Shown here one piece after another: positions 9,963 through 17,505 of a stretch of 64,000 nucleotides of DNA. Under the pieces are notes generated by a model. That model ran no database searches. It was not told where the DNA came from and saw nothing but the letters and a program-made list of their open reading frames with translations. A program made the position numbers and the translations under genes. Each line of letters starts with the position of its first letter. Position 1 is the first letter of the stretch. This stretch comes from Salinivirgaceae bacterium (lineage in GTDB: Bacteria > Bacteroidota > Bacteroidia > Bacteroidales > SZUA-534), in contig JAKSOL010000001.1 of assembly GCA_024405635.1 (NCBI GenBank), positions 160,001 through 224,000 on the forward strand, written 5' to 3'.

Positions 9963-10586
9963 CTATTGTAATTCGGGGTACTTTGCAATCATGGCATTAA
10001 GCATATCGCGAGCACGCGATAATTGTGCCTTTACTGTTCCAAGTGGAAGTTGCAGTTCTTCCGAAATTTCTTCGTACGATAGTTCTTGAAAATATCGCAG
10101 TTCAACCAATTGAGCGTATTTAGGTTTTAGTTTGCTAACCATTTCGCGCAAAGCACGTTTACGTTGTTCGCTCACCAATGTTTCTTCGGGAGTAAGCATA
10201 TCGCCAGCTACATTGGTTACTGGGTCTATGTTTTCGCCATCAATTTCGTCTTTATGAGGTTCGGCAATGTTAAGTTTGCGAACTTTTTGCCTACGTAAAT
10301 AGTCAATAGCATTGTTTGTTGCAATGCGGAACAACCATGTGCTAAATGCATATTCGGGCGAATAAAGATGAATATTACAAAAAGCTCGGCTAATCGACTC
10401 CATTGTCAAATCTTCGGCATCGGTCTCGTTGTGCACAAGTTTCAATGTCATAAAGTGAATGGTGTCTTTATATCGCGACATAAGTTTGGTAAAAGCAGTT
10501 TGGTCGCCACTTTGTGCTTGTTGAACAAGTACAAGGTCTCGGCGTGCCTTTTCCGATAGGTTGGGATTTACTTCCTGTTGCGACAT
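9963..10586 (-). CDS. ECF sigma-70 family RNA polymerase sigma factor
   Basis: DAEDLT, AFSTWLFRIATNNAIDYLR, LSYEEISEELQLPLGTVKAQLSRAR. Confidence 0.93.
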   Translation of the reverse strand: MSQQEVNPNLSEKARRDLVLVQQAQSGDQTAFTKLMSRYKDTIHFMTLKLVHNETDAEDLTMESISRAFCNIHLYSPEYAFSTWLFRIATNNAIDYLRRQKVRKLNIAEPHKDEIDGENIDPVTNVAGDMLTPEETLVSEQRKRALREMVSKLKPKYAQLVELRYFQELSYEEISEELQLPLGTVKAQLSRARDMLNAMIAKYPELQ

Positions 10587-11701
10587 TTGATTTGATAGTT
10601 TGAAAAACTAACTGCTGCGTAAAACAGCGGCATAATGAGGTCAAATATAGGAATAAAAAGCCAAAAACCTTTCTCGCCAAACTTGCGCATATTTATTTTA
10701 TACACAATCATTTGTATCAAAAAACGAACTCCAAAGCCTATCAATGCATATTCATACATTTGCAAAGGCCATATTAGAATTATGATTGAAGCATAAAAAA
10801 CAAATTTGCCAATTGAGTCAACTGCTAACAATATTTTTGAACCAAAACGATAGCGAGGCCATGTGGTTATGTGGCGGCTTTTTTGTTTAAACCAACCAAT
10901 AAATGTTTCTGGTTGATATGAAATGGTTTTGCTTTCTTTTGATGCTACAATTTTGGTGTTTTTGCGAGTGCCATGTTCGTTTACAAACAAATCGTCGTCG
11001 CCTGAAATAATGTTGTAGTGCGATTGAAAGCCCTTGCTGTTAAGAAATAGCGATTTGGTGTACGACATGTTTCGCCCAACTCCCATATAGGGGTGGCGAG
11101 TTCTGGCTAGCCCCAAATAATTCATTGCGATTGACAAAGTATCAAATCGAATAAGTTTATCAAGCAGCCCTTTGCAAGGCTTGTAGCCTCCGTATCCTAA
11201 CACAATTTCGGTGTTGTTTGTGTAGCTTGCTGCAACTTGTTTTAACCATTGGTTTGATGCAGGTTGGCAATCGGCATCAATAAAAACAATGTGCTCATAT
11301 TTTGCCGATTTTACACCAATTGTAATAGCCAATTTTTTTCCATGCATAAACTTGCGGTCGGGGTCAATGTTTGTGTGTCGCAGGTTTGTGTATCTGCGTT
11401 CCATTTCGGCCAACACAATTATGGTTTCGTCTTCAGAACAGTCGTTTACAACAATCACTTCAAATTCGTTGTAATCTTGCTCGCATACTATTGGGAGCAT
11501 TTCCTTAAGGTTGGCATCTTCATTTCGCGCGCAAATAACCACACTTAATGGCTGAAAATTTGCGCTATTGGTTTGAGGAGCGCGAGTTGCTGCCAAAAAA
11601 ATGTATCGTATAAATCGACCAAGTTGTTGTAGCAACGCCAATGTAAGTGCTGCTAAAACTGCAAGTTGAATAGGATTGAAGTAGGTTAAAAGATAATCCA
11701 C
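10568..11701 (-). CDS. Family 2 glycosyltransferase with TM anchors
   Basis: SVVICARNE, VNDCSED, FIDADC, SGDDDL, QKSRH. GTG at 11701 is the more plausible start; overlaps the sigma gene start. Confidence 0.88.
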   Translation of the reverse strand: MDYLLTYFNPIQLAVLAALTLALLQQLGRFIRYIFLAATRAPQTNSANFQPLSVVICARNEDANLKEMLPIVCEQDYNEFEVIVVNDCSEDETIIVLAEMERRYTNLRHTNIDPDRKFMHGKKLAITIGVKSAKYEHIVFIDADCQPASNQWLKQVAASYTNNTEIVLGYGGYKPCKGLLDKLIRFDTLSIAMNYLGLARTRHPYMGVGRNMSYTKSLFLNSKGFQSHYNIISGDDDLFVNEHGTRKNTKIVASKESKTISYQPETFIGWFKQKSRHITTWPRYRFGSKILLAVDSIGKFVFYASIIILIWPLQMYEYALIGFGVRFLIQMIVYKINMRKFGEKGFWLFIPIFDLIMPLFYAAVSFSNYQIKCRNRK

Positions 11702-11897
11702 GAGGTACTTATTTTTTATGTTGCGAATGTATGCGAAAAAATAAAAGTACACTATATAAATATTGTAGTGGTGTGCGTGTAAAAATGATGATATTTGACA
11801 TTTTGCACACATATAATGTACATTTAAGTAGAATTTTCTTTCAAAAAATGGAAAATAGTTGTGTGATTTTTAAACAACTGTTTTAATTTTGCAAACG

Positions 11898-11962
11898 CAA
11901 GTAGTTAGTAATTATTGTTAATAGTTAAGGGTTGGACGCCGTGAGGTTTCCAGCCCTTTTTT
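11898..11962 (+). ncRNA. Candidate small RNA (~65 nt) with its own promoter and terminator
   Basis: TAATTTTG -7 box at 11884-11891, AU-rich 5' part, hairpin AAGGGTTGGA..CC-GTGA-GG..TCCAGCCCTT plus T-run. No ORF. prfB has a separate -7 box at 12032-12039. Confidence 0.55.
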
Positions 11963-12062
11963 ATTTTCTCGTATTTGAAAACATTGTTCATTACTTGTTG
12001 CCCGTAAATTGTGAGCAAAAAGCCTAAAGGTTAACTTTGCCCACACTAAAGTATTTTCGAAA

Positions 12063-13176
12063 ATGGTTTTACCAGAACAACTAAAGGATATTGTAAGACG
12101 CTGTGAGGCGTTGAGGAGGCATCTTTGACATAGATGCTCGTAGAATTGAATTAGAAGAAGAAGAACAAAAAAGTCATGCACCCGACTTTTGGGACGACCC
12201 TAAAAAGGCCGAGTCGCAACTCAAAAAAATAAGCGGAATAAAATCGTGGATAACATCGTATGACGAGGTAAAAACCTTGACCGACGACTTGCAGGTTTTG
12301 ATTGACTTTTTTGAGGCTGGCGAAAGTACCGAGGCTGAGATAGACGAACACTATGCTCAAACTCTTGCAAAAATTGAAACCCTAGAGTCGCGTAACATGT
12401 TGCGTCGCGAAGAGGACCATTTAAGTGCCATAGTTAAGTTGAACGCTGGTGCAGGTGGAACCGAAAGTCAAGATTGGACCGAAATGCTGATGCGAATGTA
12501 TATTCGTTGGGGTGAAAAAAACGGCTACCGAGTTCGCGAAATGAACTACCAACCAGGCGACGACGCTGGAGTGAAGCAAGTTACACTTGAAATAGAAGGC
12601 GATTATGCGTATGGATATTTGAAAGGCGAAAACGGAGTTCACCGTTTGGTACGCATCTCTCCATTCAATGCTCAAGGCAAACGTCAAACTTCGTTTTCAT
12701 CGGTTTTTGTTACACCATCAATCGATGACGACATTGAAATTAACGTAAACACGTCGGCCATTACTTGGGACACATTCCGATCAAGCGGAGCTGGTGGCCA
12801 AAACGTTAACAAAGTTGAATCGGGCGTGCGTTTGCACTACAAATTCATCAATCCATTGACAAACGAAGAAGACGAAATTGTGATTGAAAACACCGAAACG
12901 CGCGACCAACCTAAAAACAAAGAGAACGCCATTCGATTGCTAAAATCACAACTTTATAATTTAGAACTTGAAAAACGCAGAGCCGAAACAGCGAAAATTG
13001 AGGCAGGAAAGAAAAAAATAGAGTGGGGCTCGCAAATAAGATCGTACGTACTGCATCCATATAAACTGATAAAAGATGTGCGCACAAACTACGAAACATC
13101 AAACGTGCAGGCAGTGCTCGATGGTGAGTTAAACGACTTTATTAAAGCCTATTTGATGGAATTTGGCGACGAATAG
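12063..13176 (+). CDS. prfB: Peptide chain release factor 2, programmed +1 frameshift
   Basis: ATG 12063 reads MVLPEQLKDIVRRCEALRRHL then CTT TGA C (12123-12129). The +1 frame continues DIDARRIELEEEE... to the SPF and GGQ motifs. Confidence 0.97.
12114..12129 (+). promoter_or_regulatory. prfB frameshift cassette (internal SD plus slippery stop)
   Basis: AGGAGG-cat-CTT-TGA-C, canonical 3-nt spacing. Confidence 0.95.
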
Positions 13177-13235
13177 AAAATGAGTCTTTCATATAAATTG
13201 TTACTTTTATGCGCTTTTTTTACACACCAATAAAT

Positions 13236-13700
13236 ATGAAAAACAAACAACATCTGATACTAGGTTTGGCAATAACTACAATAGTTTTACTGATGCCTTC
13301 ATTTGCATCGGCACAATGTGGTTTGGCCTTGAAAGATGAGGTGCTTAAAGAAATTGGACAATCAACTTATTTAAAAGATTTTCGTGTAAAACTAGAAAAC
13401 ACTCCAGCCCAAAAGAAAGCAGGAGGAAAAGAAACCTTTCAAATATTGTTAAACAAAGGAACACACTATCGTTTTAATGTTAAAGCCGACTCTAGTTTGA
13501 ACGACCAAGTAATACTCAAATTATACGATTTTACTAAAGACTATGGTAGCAACTACGACCAATCAGATGGTACATCGTATGAATTTTTTGATTTCTTCTG
13601 TGCAAAAACTCAAGTTTACTTCATATCAATCTCATTTGCCGAAGGGCAATTAGGTTGCGCAGCGGCAATTTTGTCGTATGTGCAGAAGTATGAGCAATAA
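13236..13700 (+). CDS. Secreted hypothetical protein
   Basis: Start MKNKQHLILG with Sec signal ending ASAQ; three Cys; no family recognised. Confidence 0.7.
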   Translation: MKNKQHLILGLAITTIVLLMPSFASAQCGLALKDEVLKEIGQSTYLKDFRVKLENTPAQKKAGGKETFQILLNKGTHYRFNVKADSSLNDQVILKLYDFTKDYGSNYDQSDGTSYEFFDFFCAKTQVYFISISFAEGQLGCAAAILSYVQKYEQ

Positions 13701-13711
13701 ATAGTTTGCAT

Positions 13712-13750
13712 AAAAAAAAGCCTTCGTTATTAAGTAACGAAGGCTTTTTT
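13712..13750 (+). terminator. Intrinsic terminator
   Basis: AAAAAAGCCTTCGTTA..TAACGAAGGCTTTTTT inverted repeat. Confidence 0.8.
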
Positions 13751-13843
13751 GTTAAAAAATATGTCAAAAAGCAACTATTGACAATAGTTTTTACATACAT
13801 TTGAGCAAATGACATTCACTAATCATATTTAATAACATCCCTT

Positions 13844-16573
13844 ATGGATCAGAAAAAACGTGTTTACACCTTTGGAAACGGAAAAGCTGAAGGTAATGCC
13901 CAAATGCGCGAGCAATTGGGAGGTAAAGGCGCTAACTGCGCCGAAATGAACTTGATTGGAGTACCAGTGCCTCCTGGTTTCACCATTACAACCGATGTTT
14001 GTAACGAATATTATGAGGTTGGTCAAGACAAAATAATGCAAATCCTTGACAGCGATGTAAAAGCAGCTGTTAAGCATATTGAAAACTTGATGAACTGCAA
14101 GTTTGGCGACCCTCAAAACCCTTTGTTGGTAAGCGTTCGCTCTGGTGCACGTGCATCAATGCCAGGTATGATGGACACCATTCTTAACCTTGGTTTGAAC
14201 GACACAGTTGCCGAGGGTATGGTTAAAAAAACAAACAACCCACACTTTGTTTACGACTCGTATCGTCGTTTTGTACAAATGTATGGCGACGTTGTTCTTG
14301 GTCTTAAACCTGTTAACAAAGAAGATATTGACCCATTTGAGGCCATTATTGAAAAGGTGAAAAAAGAGCAAGGCGTAGTTCTTGACAAAGATCTTTCAGT
14401 TGAAAGTTTGAAGAAACTTGTTGAGTTGTTTAAAAAGGCGATTAAAGATCAAACTGGAAAAGATTTCCCAACCGATCCAATGGAGCAACTTTGGGGAGCC
14501 ATTTGCGCCGTGTTCCGTAGCTGGATGAACGAACGCGCCATTCTTTATCGTAAAATGGAAGGTATTCCTGATGAATGGGGAACAGCCGTATCGGTAATGG
14601 CAATGGTGTTTGGTAACATGGGCGAAACATCGGCAACCGGTGTTTGCTTTAGCCGTGATGCCGGAAATGGCGAAAACATTTTTAACGGTGAGTATTTGAT
14701 TAATGCTCAAGGCGAAGATGTTGTTGCTGGTATTCGTACTCCACAACAAATTACCAAAATAGGTTCGCAACGTTGGGCTGAGCGTGCAGGTATTAGCGAA
14801 GAAGAGCGTGTTGCTAAATATCCATCAATGGAAGAGGCAATGCCAGAGTTGTACAAACAACTTGACGATATTCAAACAAAACTTGAAAACCACTATCGCG
14901 ATATGCAAGATATGGAGTTTACCGTTCAAGAAGGCAAACTTTGGTTCTTGCAAACTCGTAATGGTAAACGTACAGGTACCGCAATGGTAAAAATTGCAAT
15001 GGACCTAGTTCGCGAAGGCTTAATTGACGAAAAAACCGCCATTATGCGTTGCGAACCACAAAAACTCGACGAGTTGCTTCACCCTGTGTTTGACAAAGCT
15101 GCATTGAAAGCAGCTAAAGTAATTACACAAGGTTTGCCAGCTTCGCCAGGTGCAGCGTGTGGTCAAATTGTATTCCACGCCGACGACGCACAAGCTTGGC
15201 ACGAAAACGGACATAAAGTAATTATGGTTCGTATTGAAACTAGCCCAGAGGACCTTGCTGGTATGAGCGCTGCTGAAGGTATTCTTACCGCACGCGGAGG
15301 TATGACTAGCCATGCTGCAGTTGTGGCTCGTGGTATGGGTAAATGCTGCGTTTCTGGTGCCGGTGCTATTAACGTAAACTACAAAACTAAAACCGTTGAA
15401 ATTGAAGGAGTAACCTATAAAGAGGGCGACTATCTTTCACTTAATGGTTCAACCGGTCAAGTTTATGCAGGCGAAATACCAACAAAGGCTGCAGAACTTT
15501 CGGGCGACTTTAAAGCTTTGATGGATTTGTGCGACAAATACACCAAACTACAAGTTCGTACCAATGCAGACACTCCACACGATGCTCAAGTTGCTCGTGC
15601 TTTTGGAGCAAAAGGTATTGGTTTGACTCGTACCGAGCACATGTTCTTCGACGACCAAAAAATTATTGCAATGCGCGAAATGATTCTAGCAAAAGATTCG
15701 GCTGGACGTGAAAAAGCATTGGCAAAATTGTTGCCTTACCAAAAATCCGATTTCAAAGGCATTCTTGAGGCAATGGACGGTTGCCCAGTTAACATCCGAT
15801 TGCTCGACCCACCATTGCATGAGTTTGTTCCTCACGATTTGAAAGGTCAAGAGGTTATGGCAAACGAAATGGGTATTTCGGTTGAGGATATCAAAAAACG
15901 TGTTGCATCGTTGGCAGAAAACAACCCAATGCTAGGACACCGTGGTTGCCGTTTGGGTATTACATTCCCAGAGATTACTGCAATGCAAACCCGTGCAATA
16001 CTTAGCGCAGCTTGCGAGTTGAAAAAAGAAGGCAAAAATCCAGTGCCAGAAATTATGGTTCCATTGGTAGGTATTCTTTACGAGTTGAAACAACAAAAAG
16101 AGATTATTAAGAAAACCGCTGCAGAAGTATTTGCAGAATATGGAATATCTCTTGAATTCGAAATTGGTACAATGATTGAGATTCCTCGTGCAGCATTGAC
16201 TGCCGACCGCATTGCAACCGAGGCTGAATACTTCTCGTTTGGTACTAACGACTTGACTCAAATGACCTTTGGCTACAGCCGCGACGATATTGCTTCGTTT
16301 GTTCCAGTTTATTTGGAAAAGAAAATTTTGAAAGCCGATCCATTTGCTGTGCTTGACCAAAATGGTGTGGGACAACTTATTGAGATGGCAGTAGAGAAAG
16401 GTCGTAACATTCGTCCAAACTTGCGTACAGGTATTTGCGGTGAGCACGGTGGCGAACCAAGTTCAGTTAAATTCTGCGCTCGCGTTGGAATGAACTACGC
16501 ATCTTGCTCGCCATTCCGTGTGCCAATTGCACGTTTGGCTGCTGCTCAAGCTGCTGTTGAAGACGCTGAATAG
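13844..16573 (+). CDS. ppdK: Pyruvate, phosphate dikinase
   Basis: LGGKGAN, SVRSGARASMPGMMDT, GGMTSHAAVVARG (phospho-His), FGTNDLTQMT, GICGEHGG; TACATTTG -7 box at 13796-13803. Confidence 0.98.
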   Translation: MDQKKRVYTFGNGKAEGNAQMREQLGGKGANCAEMNLIGVPVPPGFTITTDVCNEYYEVGQDKIMQILDSDVKAAVKHIENLMNCKFGDPQNPLLVSVRSGARASMPGMMDTILNLGLNDTVAEGMVKKTNNPHFVYDSYRRFVQMYGDVVLGLKPVNKEDIDPFEAIIEKVKKEQGVVLDKDLSVESLKKLVELFKKAIKDQTGKDFPTDPMEQLWGAICAVFRSWMNERAILYRKMEGIPDEWGTAVSVMAMVFGNMGETSATGVCFSRDAGNGENIFNGEYLINAQGEDVVAGIRTPQQITKIGSQRWAERAGISEEERVAKYPSMEEAMPELYKQLDDIQTKLENHYRDMQDMEFTVQEGKLWFLQTRNGKRTGTAMVKIAMDLVREGLIDEKTAIMRCEPQKLDELLHPVFDKAALKAAKVITQGLPASPGAACGQIVFHADDAQAWHENGHKVIMVRIETSPEDLAGMSAAEGILTARGGMTSHAAVVARGMGKCCVSGAGAINVNYKTKTVEIEGVTYKEGDYLSLNGSTGQVYAGEIPTKAAELSGDFKALMDLCDKYTKLQVRTNADTPHDAQVARAFGAKGIGLTRTEHMFFDDQKIIAMREMILAKDSAGREKALAKLLPYQKSDFKGILEAMDGCPVNIRLLDPPLHEFVPHDLKGQEVMANEMGISVEDIKKRVASLAENNPMLGHRGCRLGITFPEITAMQTRAILSAACELKKEGKNPVPEIMVPLVGILYELKQQKEIIKKTAAEVFAEYGISLEFEIGTMIEIPRAALTADRIATEAEYFSFGTNDLTQMTFGYSRDDIASFVPVYLEKKILKADPFAVLDQNGVGQLIEMAVEKGRNIRPNLRTGICGEHGGEPSSVKFCARVGMNYASCSPFRVPIARLAAAQAAVEDAE

Positions 16574-16594
16574 CATTTTAAACTTCAGTATAAT

Positions 16595-16632
16595 AAAAGC
16601 TCCTTTGGCTCTTTGTCAAAGGGGCTTTTTTT
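16595..16632 (+). terminator. Intrinsic terminator of ppdK
   Basis: AAAAGCTCCTTTG..CAAAGGGGCTTTTTT hairpin plus T-run. Confidence 0.75.
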
Positions 16633-16658
16633 GTTTCTTTTACAAAAAATAGAGCAAT

Positions 16659-17471
16659 ATGAACGAGAAAGTAAAAATAATGATGCTTGCGTGTGTGTTG
16701 ATGTTTGCGCAAGGTGTTAAAGCTCAAAACCATGCGTTTGCATCGGGCGAAAACATAAAAATGACAATTAGTTACACGCTAGGCTTTATTGAAGTGCGTG
16801 CTGCCCAAGCCAACATAACAGCAAATTGTTGTATTTACGAGGGCCAAGATGCTATGAATTTGGAACTTGCGGGCAAAACAATAAAGGCATTTAAGGCTTT
16901 CAACATTCGCGATACCTTGCGCGCCAAGGTCGATCCCTTTACTCTAATGCCTAAATTTACTCAAGTTCAGTCGCACGAAGACGATTATTACGCATCGTAT
17001 CAAACAACCTATGGCACTACTGATGACGGTAAAAATTTTGCTCGTGTTAAGAAATACAAACGCGACGGTTTGCGCAAAGACACTACAATTTATTCCGATA
17101 AAATGTATCTTGACGTTATGTCCATTTTGTTTCAGTTGCGTAACGTCGATTTTAATAAACTGACAAAGAATCAGCGAACCCCAATGCCTGCCATTTTTCA
17201 AGACGATTTGTTTGACCTTTATTGGCGTTATGCAGGAAAGGAAAAAATTACAATACGCAAAGGCGAAACATACAATTGCGTTAAAGTGTGCCCGTGTTTT
17301 GTTGAGGGCACGTTGTTTGACAAAGGTGAGGTAATGACCATTTGGCTTACCGACGATAAAAATCACATGCCGGTTCTTATTGAATCGAAACTGAAAATTG
17401 GCAGCATACGAGTGGTTATGGAATCGGTAAAAGGCAATAAATATCCGTTTACATCGCGAGAAACTAATTAG
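16659..17471 (+). CDS. DUF3108 domain-containing secreted protein
   Basis: Signal peptide, AF..GE.I...Y, IWLTDDKNHMPV.IE....GS motifs. Confidence 0.8.
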   Translation: MNEKVKIMMLACVLMFAQGVKAQNHAFASGENIKMTISYTLGFIEVRAAQANITANCCIYEGQDAMNLELAGKTIKAFKAFNIRDTLRAKVDPFTLMPKFTQVQSHEDDYYASYQTTYGTTDDGKNFARVKKYKRDGLRKDTTIYSDKMYLDVMSILFQLRNVDFNKLTKNQRTPMPAIFQDDLFDLYWRYAGKEKITIRKGETYNCVKVCPCFVEGTLFDKGEVMTIWLTDDKNHMPVLIESKLKIGSIRVVMESVKGNKYPFTSRETN

Positions 17472-17505
17472 TTGGGCTTGTGAGTATTGCCAAACAGCAT
17501 AGTTT

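Noticed and set aside
11702-11812. N-terminal extensions given by the ORF track for GT2 (also nrdG, folC, trxB, the MBL hydrolase and the 13209 ORF)
   Set aside because: The extensions are low-complexity, overlap promoter boxes or neighbours, or precede the family-typical N-terminus; downstream starts fit better.
12063-13176. prfB as a pseudogene or sequencing error
   Set aside because: The break is the canonical CTT TGA C programmed frameshift with a correctly spaced SD.
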